DNA of 64,000 nucleotides, taken from the IMG/VR virus record IMGVR_UViG_3300027754_003462, one strand, 5' to 3'. The notes beneath the pieces are model-generated. The model worked only from the letters and a program-made list of their open reading frames with translations. It was not told where the DNA came from and made no database searches. Source of the DNA: a virus. Below, in pieces: positions 9,383 through 18,181 of this stretch. The position numbers were made by a program, and so were the translations under genes. Numbering within the stretch: the stretch's first letter is position 1; the number at the start of each line of letters is the position of its first letter.

Positions 9383-9643
9383 ATGTTACGATTTTTAAAA
9401 GGCTTTTTTGCCAAGCCAAAACACCCAGATACCTTGCCACCAACAGCACCATACAAAGTGGAAGCACCCAGCACCGATTGGCCATTTCCCAAAGCAACTG
9501 AAATTGTTCCGGAACCCGCTCCAGTAGCCACAACTGCTCCTGTCAAAAAGCCCCGAGCACCTGCCCGGCCCAAAGCGGCACCTGTTGCAAAACCAGCAGT
9601 GGCGTCCAAAAAACCACGAGCCAAAAAACCCCTGGCTGAATAA
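9383..9643 (+). CDS. Pro/Ala/Lys-rich small protein with histone H1-like tail
   Basis: AGGAG RBS, TAAATA upstream; KKPRA repeats. Confidence 0.75.
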   Translation: MLRFLKGFFAKPKHPDTLPPTAPYKVEAPSTDWPFPKATEIVPEPAPVATTAPVKKPRAPARPKAAPVAKPAVASKKPRAKKPLAE

Positions 9644-9661
9644 TACACAAAGGAAACGATC

Positions 9662-10207
9662 ATGGCAGAACAAAAATCACTCTCACGCTCAGAACGTGAA
9701 GCCGTCATCAAAGATAAAGCAGGATGGGTAATTGTTGTATTCGCGGCATTTTTGGCCATCAACACATATCTAGGCAGTGGCAACTCGGGTCGTATACTAA
9801 ACGACACAATCGAAGCCAACAACACTTGGGCATTTTATCAAGCAAAATCAATCAAGGGTACCTTGGCCGAAATGTCATTAGATGATGCTATGGCTCGTAA
9901 GGATGTGAACAAGGTTGCCTCACTCAGCAAGAAGATTGCACGTTATGAATCAGATCCTGTAACAGGCGAAGGCAAGAAAGAACTTATGGCCAAGGCTCGT
10001 GCTCTAGAAGCAGATCGTGCTGTGGCCAAACAACGTAGCCCTTGGTATACATTTGCTGGATCACTATTCCAGATTGCCATTGTGTTATTAAGTGCTAGTA
10101 TATTGGCAGTGAACAATCGCTTGTATACAGCCAGTTTGTACGTAGGCGGCATCGCAATGGTGCTGATGAGTCAGGCCATCTGGCTCTGGATTCCCACCTT
10201 GTTTTAA
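9662..10207 (+). CDS. DUF4337-like membrane protein
   Basis: TM, then WAFYQAKSIK motif, coiled coil, and 2 TM (QIAIVLLSASIL). Confidence 0.8.
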   Translation: MAEQKSLSRSEREAVIKDKAGWVIVVFAAFLAINTYLGSGNSGRILNDTIEANNTWAFYQAKSIKGTLAEMSLDDAMARKDVNKVASLSKKIARYESDPVTGEGKKELMAKARALEADRAVAKQRSPWYTFAGSLFQIAIVLLSASILAVNNRLYTASLYVGGIAMVLMSQAIWLWIPTLF

Positions 10208-10276
10208 ACCCAGTTTAATCTAGCACCAGGATCCTGTAAATACTCTAAGCCCTGAACAACAAGGGCATGGAGTACA

Positions 10277-10531
10277 ATGAAAAAATATGGGGCCATCTAT
10301 AGAACTGTAATCTTAGTATCATTGCTAATACTATGTGCTTCCGCGATGGTATCAAGTTCACCCATGTACGGAGGCAATCGACCCAGTGTTGCCCAAGAAC
10401 TACCCTCTAGAGAACGAGAAGTCCGACTCAACCACGGCATTGCCGAATGTGTAAGAACTGCCTGGATTGGTGACATCAACAATAGAATCTTGATCTGTGT
10501 TGAGTATCGGTTGAAGAAAGAGATAAAGTAA
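10277..10531 (+). CDS. hypothetical secreted/membrane protein
   Basis: GGAG RBS, TAAATA upstream, TAATG coupling. Confidence 0.7.
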   Translation: MKKYGAIYRTVILVSLLILCASAMVSSSPMYGGNRPSVAQELPSREREVRLNHGIAECVRTAWIGDINNRILICVEYRLKKEIK

Positions 10532-11304
10532 TGGATCCCATAACATTATTTGCTCTGGCCAATACAGCGGTTGCCGCTGTGAAAAAAGGCTGTCAACTGT
10601 ACAAGGACATCAAAGGTGCCTCAGGCGATGTCAAGGCTGTTCTCAAGGATCTCGACGAGCAGTTTCACAACGCACACAAAGACAAACCCGCAAGTGTAGA
10701 AGCACGTAATCAGTTTGTAAAAGAAAAAAATCGTGTGATAGAATTGAACAAACGCGATGGTGAGACTGCAGGCATCTATACTGAACTAGGCGAGCACCTG
10801 GGTGCCTACTATGACAACTACTACAAGTGTATGGCCATATTTGAGGAGGAAGAAAAACATCACGAGCATGAGATCTATCAAGGTGATGCCAGTCTAGGCA
10901 AACGTGCTCTACAGCGTGTGCTGATGAAAAAACAACTGGAACAGATGGGCACAGAACTGCGTGAGATAATGGTGTACCAATCGCCTCCTGAACTGGGTGC
11001 CTTGCACTCGGACGTTGAAGACATGATGGAAAAGATGGGCAAGCAACAAAAAATTCTTATTGCCCGGCAAATGCGAGCAGATCATGCCAGTGCTGTCAGG
11101 CATCGCAGACGCATGGATGCTGTGTGGGCCAATGCTGTGTGGGGAGTGGCAGCCATTGTTATTGCTTGTGCCATTGGACTGATGATGGTATGGGTAGTAC
11201 AAGACAGAATTCAAAAGTATCCTGAACTAGGCACAGGTATTGTACCCAAAACAGAACGTCAACGTCAACAGGAAGCAGAACCCAAACGATATTCAGGAAG
11301 ATAA
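10531..11304 (+). CDS. hypothetical coiled-coil protein with C-terminal TM helix
   Basis: 257-aa ORF; MDPITLFALA start; hydrophobic segment near C-terminus. Confidence 0.8.
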   Translation: MDPITLFALANTAVAAVKKGCQLYKDIKGASGDVKAVLKDLDEQFHNAHKDKPASVEARNQFVKEKNRVIELNKRDGETAGIYTELGEHLGAYYDNYYKCMAIFEEEEKHHEHEIYQGDASLGKRALQRVLMKKQLEQMGTELREIMVYQSPPELGALHSDVEDMMEKMGKQQKILIARQMRADHASAVRHRRRMDAVWANAVWGVAAIVIACAIGLMMVWVVQDRIQKYPELGTGIVPKTERQRQQEAEPKRYSGR

Positions 11305-11305
11305 T

Positions 11306-11446
11306 TTAGTGTCTGTGAGTCAGCCAATAGGCAAAGCCCAGAGCAATGGCCCCAGACAAAACAAGGATCAATAGAGTAACACCCAGCACCTTGCCAGCAG
11401 GATTATCTGTCACTAGATCGTTTAGGTCTTCAAAGATACTACTCAT
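11306..11446 (-). CDS. small single-TM protein (46 aa)
   Basis: Not in track; MSSIFEDLNDLVTDNPAGKVLGVTLLILVLSGAIALGFAYWLTHRH; TAAATA just upstream. Confidence 0.55.
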   Translation of the reverse strand: MSSIFEDLNDLVTDNPAGKVLGVTLLILVLSGAIALGFAYWLTHRH

Positions 11447-11505
11447 ATCACGTATTTAGAACAGACTTATAAAAACAAAAGCACATACATATGAGTAAAT
11501 AAAAC

Positions 11506-12216
11506 ATGACAGAACTAATCGCAACACTGGTAATGACACACATTACCATCGTCTGTGTCACATTGTATTTGCATCGTGGCCAGGCTCACAAGGGCATTGA
11601 GTTTCATCCCATCCTTGAACATTTCATGAGATTTTGGTTATGGCTCACAACAGGCATGGTAACCCGACAGTGGGTGGCCATACATCGCAAACATCACAGA
11701 TACAGTGATGTGGAAGGTGATCCGCATACCCCTCACGTGTACGGTATATGGCAGGTATTATTCAAAGGAGCAATGTTATATCATGCGGCATCAAAAGATA
11801 AAGTCATGGTTGACGCATACGGTCGTGATACTCCTGCTGATTGGATGGAGCTTCACGTATACCAGCCTTACTCTAGACTTGGCATTGGCATTCTCTTTTT
11901 GCTAGACATCTTGGTGTTTGGTTGGTGGGGAATGTTAATCTGGGGCGTCCAGATGATATGGATTCCATTCTGGGCCGCAGGTGTTATCAATGGACTAGGC
12001 CATTGGATAGGATATAAAAATGGCAAAACTAAAGATCATAGTCGTAATATTAGTCCTTGGGGCATTGTTATTGGCGGCGAAGAGTTGCATAACAACCACC
12101 ACTTGGACCCAGCGAGTGCCCGCCTCTCTAAAAAGTGGTGGGAGTTTGATATAGGCTGGATGTGGCTTGGCCTGTTTAGACTGCTAGGGCTTGCTAGACT
12201 GCGCAATCAAGAGTAA
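11506..12216 (+). CDS. delta-9 acyl-lipid/acyl-CoA fatty acid desaturase (DesA-like)
   Basis: Three His boxes: HRGQAH, HRKHH, HNNHH; EFDIGW. Confidence 0.93.
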   Translation: MTELIATLVMTHITIVCVTLYLHRGQAHKGIEFHPILEHFMRFWLWLTTGMVTRQWVAIHRKHHRYSDVEGDPHTPHVYGIWQVLFKGAMLYHAASKDKVMVDAYGRDTPADWMELHVYQPYSRLGIGILFLLDILVFGWWGMLIWGVQMIWIPFWAAGVINGLGHWIGYKNGKTKDHSRNISPWGIVIGGEELHNNHHLDPASARLSKKWWEFDIGWMWLGLFRLLGLARLRNQE

Positions 12217-12815
12217 TCTTGGCGAAGGTCAGGGTCAATCAACTGGCCCTGCATCAAGTATATGGGGCTCTTGCGATAGATCCATACATCGTGAAACGGA
12301 TCAGTTATGATCTTTAGACACCAGACCAGTGCAACTCGTCGGCTTTGCAGTGCGGTCAGTTGAATCATTCTAAACACAACACCGGCCGCACCCAGCCATA
12401 ACCATCCCATGCCCACGCGATTCACAAATGTCATTGGGTCGTTGTCGGGAATCAGCAGGTTCATTAGTTCAGCATCAAAGTACGCCAGCACAGGCACAGC
12501 CGCCCAACAGGTCAGTAGCACACGTTTGCGTTTCAAGTTAAATCCAATTTTGATTTTTTCTTTGTGGTCAAATGTGGCCTTGTTGTATTCATCGTAGCCG
12601 TGCGGCTCAAAGAAAAAATGTCCGGCTTGACGAGTGGTCATGGCAATCAACCATGCAATGTATGCACTCACAACAGGATCAATGAACAGATACACATAGG
12701 CAATCAAGAAACTTGTGGCTGAAATCAAGTGCAAGAATTGATTGATTCTGCTATGATGATAGTAACGATGGTCGTCCCAGCGTTGCTCGCGAAGTGTTTG
12801 TAGTATTTCTTTCAT
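12207..12815 (-). CDS. Mpo1/DUF962-like membrane protein
   Basis: YYHHSRINQFLH and RQAGHFFFE motifs; several TM segments. Confidence 0.65.
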   Translation of the reverse strand: MKEILQTLREQRWDDHRYYHHSRINQFLHLISATSFLIAYVYLFIDPVVSAYIAWLIAMTTRQAGHFFFEPHGYDEYNKATFDHKEKIKIGFNLKRKRVLLTCWAAVPVLAYFDAELMNLLIPDNDPMTFVNRVGMGWLWLGAAGVVFRMIQLTALQSRRVALVWCLKIITDPFHDVWIYRKSPIYLMQGQLIDPDLRQDYS

Positions 12816-12834
12816 TGAATTTCCTTTGGTTTAT

Positions 12835-13848
12835 TTACTTGGTCCACAAGTGGTTGGGAGTGAGATTGTCTCGGAATATGTGCCAGGCTCGATCCCATGA
12901 CCAACGTTGACTGCCTGACCATACTTGTTGTCTATTTAAGAACAAACAATCAGTGACTGCTTGCTTCAAGTCTTCATTCATACAACCTGTAACGCCTTCA
13001 TCAATCACATCCTCTGGACCTTGACAAGGGTAGGCTGCAACAGGTGTTCCGCAGGCCATGGCTTCTATCATCACAATGCCAAATGTTTCCCAGCGTGACG
13101 GAAACACAAACACATCTGCCATGGCATAGTATTGGGCCAGTTCTGCGCCTGTTTTGAATCCCACAAACTCCACATCAGGATACTGCTTCCGGTATTTTTC
13201 TAGCATGGGACCATCACCTACCATGATCTTGCGACTGTTGGGATATTGTAATTCAAAAAAGTCTTCCAGGTTCTTTTCTTTGCTCACACGGGCAACACAC
13301 AACAGCACCTTGACATTGTCTTGTCGATCTCGATAGCCAGGATGAAATATCTCACGGTCCACACCACGTGTCCAGGAAATGACTTCTCCGTCAAAGCCAT
13401 GCGCTTGTAACTCCGCTACCATTGAGTCAGTTGTGGTCAACACCTTGCCCGAGTGCTTGTGAAACCAACGCACAAATCGCCAGGTTATAAATTCAGGAAT
13501 GCCAAATAACTTTTTAAGTCCCTCAGGAAACTTAGTATGATAAGCGGTATTGTGACAAATATCACCCAGTGAAAGATATGCTCTAGCCCACAAACCCAGA
13601 GGACCTTCTGTGGCGATGTGGATATAATCCGGACGTATCTCCTCAATCTTCGCGCCCAGGTTACGCGGATAGGCAATCTTGACTTCGTGGTACCTAGGAC
13701 AATCAATGTAGCGGAACCGCCCGGGATCAATATAATCAACATGATAACCATCGCGAATTGCATGAGCCTCAATGTTCTTGTAAGTGGTGACCACACCATT
13801 AATTTGATCCGGTAAGTTGTCCGTTATTATCAGTATCTTCTTTGTCAT
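12835..13848 (-). CDS. GT4 glycosyltransferase, Agt-like (diacylglycerol glycosyltransferase)
   Basis: QINGVVTT, HIATEGPLG, YHTKFPE, RVSKEKN, FPSRWETFGIVMIEAMACG; directly downstream of PlcP-like gene. Confidence 0.85.
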   Translation of the reverse strand: MTKKILIITDNLPDQINGVVTTYKNIEAHAIRDGYHVDYIDPGRFRYIDCPRYHEVKIAYPRNLGAKIEEIRPDYIHIATEGPLGLWARAYLSLGDICHNTAYHTKFPEGLKKLFGIPEFITWRFVRWFHKHSGKVLTTTDSMVAELQAHGFDGEVISWTRGVDREIFHPGYRDRQDNVKVLLCVARVSKEKNLEDFFELQYPNSRKIMVGDGPMLEKYRKQYPDVEFVGFKTGAELAQYYAMADVFVFPSRWETFGIVMIEAMACGTPVAAYPCQGPEDVIDEGVTGCMNEDLKQAVTDCLFLNRQQVWSGSQRWSWDRAWHIFRDNLTPNHLWTK

Positions 13849-14593
13849 GTTCTTGAGTCCATGTTACAATCTCCCAGTGCCCGTCGTGATGTTCTACCAA
13901 GGCGGTACATGATTCTACCCAGTCGCCATCATTCATGTATACAACGCCGTTGATCTCTTTTATTTCTGCGTGATGGATGTGACCACAGACCACACCGTCA
14001 AATCCTCTTTTTTTGCAGTAGGCTGCAAGATTCCGTTCAAAGTGAAATATGAAGTCAATGGCTTTTTTGACCCTATGCTTAAGAAACTGGCTAAGACTCC
14101 AGTAACCAAAACCCATACGATGGCGGATCCAATTAAATCTGCTATTAAGCCCCAGGATAAAATCATATGCTTTGTCTCCTAAAAAACTCAACCACGGTGC
14201 CAGGCGGGTAATACCATCAAATAGGTCGCCGTGCACCACAAGGTAATGTTTACCATCTGCACCCACATGTTCGCATTGATTACATATTTCCACAGTACCG
14301 AATGTGGCGGCATATGGTATCATGGGACGCAGGAATTCGTCATGATTTCCAGCCACGTATACAACCCTAGTGCCACGCTTGGCATGACCAAGAACCCTGC
14401 GAACCACATTGGTATGGCTTTGTTTCCATCTCAATCTATTTTGTTGCATCTTCCAGGCGTCAATGATGTCGCCTACTAGATATAAGGTATTGCAGGAGTT
14501 GTGCTTTAAGAAATTGTTTAGTTCTTCTGCCTTGCAGTCTCTTGTGCCAAGATGGACGTCACTAATAAAAATACTGCGGTATGTTTTTGGCAT
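13799..14593 (-). CDS. PlcP-like metallophosphoesterase (phospholipase C; often annotated UDP-2,3-diacylglucosamine hydrolase)
   Basis: SDVHLG, VGDIID, GNHD, HGD, CGHIH, NDGDWVESCTAL. Confidence 0.85.
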   Translation of the reverse strand: MPKTYRSIFISDVHLGTRDCKAEELNNFLKHNSCNTLYLVGDIIDAWKMQQNRLRWKQSHTNVVRRVLGHAKRGTRVVYVAGNHDEFLRPMIPYAATFGTVEICNQCEHVGADGKHYLVVHGDLFDGITRLAPWLSFLGDKAYDFILGLNSRFNWIRHRMGFGYWSLSQFLKHRVKKAIDFIFHFERNLAAYCKKRGFDGVVCGHIHHAEIKEINGVVYMNDGDWVESCTALVEHHDGHWEIVTWTQEHDKEDTDNNGQLTGSN

Positions 14594-14615
14594 CTAGTAT
14601 TTAGGCAGAATTGTG

Positions 14616-15281
14616 TTACTGTTTTGTTACAAACATTTGGTCCACAAAATCCAACAACAGTGTATGGTGTTGACCCCTATGATATCGACCCCGCATCCAG
14701 GAGTAACTGTCGTACCAGAATTGTTCACTTTCAGGATGACATCCTATTAGACCAATGTTGTTTTGTATAATGGCCATGGCATCACCATTCATGTATGTGG
14801 CCATGGTCTTAAACTTGGTCCGGTCGCCTACCAGGGCACAGCCATCGTAAAAGAACATGTTCCAAGGCTCGATGTTCCCCCAACGATCGCGCCATAGCAC
14901 AGGCAAGTTCTTGGCATGTGGTCTATGTGTGTCTGTACCCGGACGTCGGATATACTGTACTGCATCCACACCATCTAATATATCAAGATATTCACTTCCG
15001 GCCCAGTAGGCGCCCATACAGATGCCCAGGTATCTGCCACCACGAGCAAGAAATTGTTGCACACGTTCGGCATTGTGTTTGAAAAGTGATTCAAATGAAT
15101 CAGCATCACCAAAGCCGCCGGGCACAGCAATCATGTCCACGTCATCAAAGAACACATCTTCTAGTTTGTTTTTACCAAATATTTTGAATTTGTAATGATC
15201 ACCCAAGGCTCGCATGAGCCCATTACCGCTTTGCACACTGCATTTGGGGTCGTGCAAGAACAGGGCTATGGTGGGTTTCAT
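14616..15281 (-). CDS. BPL-N / class I glutamine-amidotransferase-like domain protein
   Basis: VPGG, YLGICMGAY nucleophile elbow, CHPE. Confidence 0.8.
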   Translation of the reverse strand: MKPTIALFLHDPKCSVQSGNGLMRALGDHYKFKIFGKNKLEDVFFDDVDMIAVPGGFGDADSFESLFKHNAERVQQFLARGGRYLGICMGAYWAGSEYLDILDGVDAVQYIRRPGTDTHRPHAKNLPVLWRDRWGNIEPWNMFFYDGCALVGDRTKFKTMATYMNGDAMAIIQNNIGLIGCHPESEQFWYDSYSWMRGRYHRGQHHTLLLDFVDQMFVTKQ

Positions 15282-15322
15282 TCAGTATTTAGTGACCGTG
15301 ATTTTTTGACAGTTTTATGACA

Positions 15323-15350
15323 CAAAAAAATACCCCAAATTTTGGGGTAT
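15323..15350 (-). terminator. intrinsic terminator
   Basis: ATACCCCAAA-AA-TTTGGGGTAT followed by a T-run on - strand. Confidence 0.8.
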
Positions 15351-15408
15351 CTACTGGTTACGAGTTCCAGCGCCACTCTATCATTGTGGTCGGTTGCATT
15401 TATTTATA
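15323..15408 (-). ncRNA. candidate small late RNA (TATAAATA promoter, two hairpins, terminator)
   Basis: CCAC-N9-GUGG and CUGG-N9-CCAG hairpins between a promoter and a terminator; also holds a 13-codon ORF without SD. Confidence 0.4.
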
Positions 15409-15429
15409 GAAGTATATGTTACAATAATA

Positions 15430-15732
15430 TTACTGAGATAGCATCCTGATCAGGCCCACCGTATCGATACTGACTAACAGGATGTAGTTGGCCAACATAC
15501 CAAACGATTGACGAGTCCAACTAGCCCAAGCATACATAGCACAACCACTAATCCATATAGGGTAAAGTACCACGAGAGGGGGATTAGGTACAGTGGCAGC
15601 CATCGTAATACTGCACCCAATAGACACAGCCCAAGCCAGTACTTCCACGAAAAACCTAAGTGGGTTAGTTTTGTAGTCACTTCGAATCCAATCAAAGATG
15701 TTGAGAAATATATTGTTCATACAGTTGTTCAC
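15430..15732 (-). CDS. small membrane protein (about 3 TM)
   Basis: Hydrophobic ORF overlapping the uvsE 3' end. Confidence 0.75.
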   Translation of the reverse strand: MNNCMNNIFLNIFDWIRSDYKTNPLRFFVEVLAWAVSIGCSITMAATVPNPPLVVLYPIWISGCAMYAWASWTRQSFGMLANYILLVSIDTVGLIRMLSQ

Positions 15733-16723
15733 TTGCCAAGTTTTTGCCCTTGGCTTCTACTTGTATATCAAACTGATCACGAAAGCCTAAGACCCATGCG
15801 TTCACAGCCCAATTCCAGCAGAAGTCACTGTGTGCCCGGAGTTTCTGCTTTTTATAACCTCTAGCAAGAAGTTCAGCAAGGTCTGGTCGAACTCCTGGAT
15901 CATGGTCGACAAGAATATCTTCGCGGCTAGTACTAAAATGCATTGCAGGGCGAACGCCGCGCCAAGAGTCAATAACCCTACTTGTACGAACGTCCTGCGG
16001 TTCGATGTATTCGCCTGAGTTGATCCAGTGGTGGTGTACATCCAACACAAGAGCCACATGCTGAGCCACAGCCAAAGTAGTGTCCAATCCATTTGTCATC
16101 TCGTCATTCTCGATGGTTATCAAGTTCCTGGCCTCTGGAGTGAGGCGACCCAAGGTCTTCAGGAATTTAGCGGGACCACCTTTACCCGATAAATGCACAT
16201 TAATCTTAAATCCATGATCATGCCAGGTGGCACCGTAGCCCATCCATCTAGCCATGTCTGCATGATACTCAAACTCTAACACACTGCGTTCTACAATCTC
16301 GTCGCTTTCACTAGCAAGTACACAAAACTGTCCAGGATGGAAACTCAGTCGCACACCCAGGCGTCTTGCAGTTTCGCCTATGGGAGCAAATATCTTCTCA
16401 CAGTGACCTTGAATCTCTGTTCGTTGCCACCAGTCAATCCAATTGGCTTCAGTGTAGCCCTGTAGCATTTCACTGCCCAGACGTACCATTCTACGACCTT
16501 CAGGCAGGGTGGCCACACGCTCAATCATTTTCACAGCCGCCGACGTGTTGTGATTCATGATATCCCATTGGCGTTGTTCCGCTTCGTCTTTGTGTTCGCG
16601 AAGCCACCTCATGGTAGTTGATCTGCCGTTTAGTTCACGGTCCTTTGCATTGACTTTCATGCCCCCTGTTTCCGAGGGATCATTGAGCCATTTGCAACAA
16701 AAGCCAATTTGGGGTGTAGTCAT
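15692..16723 (-). CDS. uvsE: UV DNA damage endonuclease (UvsE/UVDE)
   Basis: RLSFHPGQF, INVH, IENDE, LDVHHH, HFS, AHSD, VEAKGK. Confidence 0.92.
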   Translation of the reverse strand: MTTPQIGFCCKWLNDPSETGGMKVNAKDRELNGRSTTMRWLREHKDEAEQRQWDIMNHNTSAAVKMIERVATLPEGRRMVRLGSEMLQGYTEANWIDWWQRTEIQGHCEKIFAPIGETARRLGVRLSFHPGQFCVLASESDEIVERSVLEFEYHADMARWMGYGATWHDHGFKINVHLSGKGGPAKFLKTLGRLTPEARNLITIENDEMTNGLDTTLAVAQHVALVLDVHHHWINSGEYIEPQDVRTSRVIDSWRGVRPAMHFSTSREDILVDHDPGVRPDLAELLARGYKKQKLRAHSDFCWNWAVNAWVLGFRDQFDIQVEAKGKNLASEQLYEQYISQHL

Positions 16724-16754
16724 GCTGTAATTATACAGCATTTGAAATTAATAG

Positions 16755-17666
16755 TCAACCGCGTTGTAAATCCAAAGTCACACAATGGAAACCACCACCC
16801 AAAGTGCGACTATGGCGTAGTTCTATTGGTATCACTTCAAATCGGTAACTCCGGAGCGTTTTAATCAATTCGGTTTGGTTTCGGTCGCATATGACTGTGT
16901 GTGAATCTACCACCAACATGTTCATAGCAATCCATTTTGATGCATATGGATACTCGTGGAACCCTTGTGCTACCACATCGTTTACCCAGATCTTGTGCCA
17001 ACCATCAAATACTCTGGGTACGTTATCAAAACTTACCCGACTGGCATTGAGCATGACCAGGCCTTCACGCAAGGGTACAATGGTTGAATCAATATGCACA
17101 CCGGCATAGAAGTTACACAATTCGATTTCAACGTCCGGAAATTGCTCACACAACCAATCATATGCTTGACGATTACCCGATGCTGATTCCAAGAATAACA
17201 TCCGGTCGCCAAGTCTGCACACATTGGCAGCATCCAAAATAAATCCTTCGTTTCGTGGCATGAACAAATAACGATCAGCACTATCCACAATGTCATGATA
17301 ACATTGCAGTTCCATATCTCTACAAGGATACATCATGGCAGGATCAATCACAGTCGACCCATACACAAGTAGCCGATCACGTGGGCAATAATTGTACATG
17401 CCATCGTGGACCTGGAAGTTGAGTGGATCCGGACGCACTACTTCTACGCCTAGGCTCATCAGGGTCGTTGCTAGACCATCCAGGTCCGCGTTGGCTTCGT
17501 CAATTATCCACTGGGGCACAGGCCCACGCGGAACAGGCGTTTCTTTCCAGGTGGTCTTTTCACCTTCCTTAGCGAACACAGGATCAGTTACAGGCCAGTT
17601 AGCGTCAGTGGCCGAACCTACGACAATTTTCTTTAGTGGACTCCACTCGTCGCGACTTGATATCAT
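16755..17666 (-). CDS. amidinotransferase (glycine/inosamine-phosphate amidinotransferase family)
   Basis: DEWSPLK, YCPRD, DAAN, HIDST, GGGFHC; ATGA coupling. Confidence 0.9.
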   Translation of the reverse strand: MISSRDEWSPLKKIVVGSATDANWPVTDPVFAKEGEKTTWKETPVPRGPVPQWIIDEANADLDGLATTLMSLGVEVVRPDPLNFQVHDGMYNYCPRDRLLVYGSTVIDPAMMYPCRDMELQCYHDIVDSADRYLFMPRNEGFILDAANVCRLGDRMLFLESASGNRQAYDWLCEQFPDVEIELCNFYAGVHIDSTIVPLREGLVMLNASRVSFDNVPRVFDGWHKIWVNDVVAQGFHEYPYASKWIAMNMLVVDSHTVICDRNQTELIKTLRSYRFEVIPIELRHSRTLGGGFHCVTLDLQRG

Positions 17667-18181
17667 AAATGTCCTGTTATTTGCAAGGTATATCTTGGTT
17701 CGAGACCCATGTTGGCGGCCATGTGTGGCGCATCGTAACACCATTCGACCACATCACCTGCTTGCCAATCAACCTTGGCTGTGCTGTTGTATTCTGCATA
17801 ATGCCCGGGTTTCCAGTCTTCCAAGAACACAATGGCTCTGCGTATGCGTTGTTCTTGGCCGTTGAGGTTGAACAGATCAACATAACGCAAATACAAATCA
17901 CTGTGAGTGGGAAGTATAGTACCAGTACTCATTCTATAGTAACTGGTCCCAATATCTTTCCAGCCTAGTTCGGTGTAGATGTTAACAAACTGTTGATTCC
18001 ATGTGGGTTGTGGACTGCGCATGTCGCACATGTCCCCAGTGAACCGGTTGGCATAACCTTGTGACATCCAATTTTCAATGCTGACAATGTCATTGAACGA
18101 TTCATTAACATAGTTGAGTTGTTTAAACTCTTCATTCCAAAATTTAGGAATATGATATCTAAGAATTTCGTGTGTTGCCAT
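17663..18181 (-). CDS. 2OG-Fe(II)/cupin oxygenase-like protein
   Basis: PTHSD (HxD), PH.AAN.G..PRYTLQITG. Confidence 0.75.
   Translation of the reverse strand: MATHEILRYHIPKFWNEEFKQLNYVNESFNDIVSIENWMSQGYANRFTGDMCDMRSPQPTWNQQFVNIYTELGWKDIGTSYYRMSTGTILPTHSDLYLRYVDLFNLNGQEQRIRRAIVFLEDWKPGHYAEYNSTAKVDWQAGDVVEWCYDAPHMAANMGLEPRYTLQITGHL

Noticed and set aside
9355-9825. 156-aa - strand ORF and similar antisense ORFs throughout the window
   Set aside because: They overlap better supported genes on the opposite strand and lack RBS or recognisable motifs.
13799-14593. LpxH (lipid A biosynthesis) annotation
   Set aside because: It has GNHD rather than GNRD, the NDGDWVES C-terminal motif and a coupled GT4 gene, which fit the PlcP group better.
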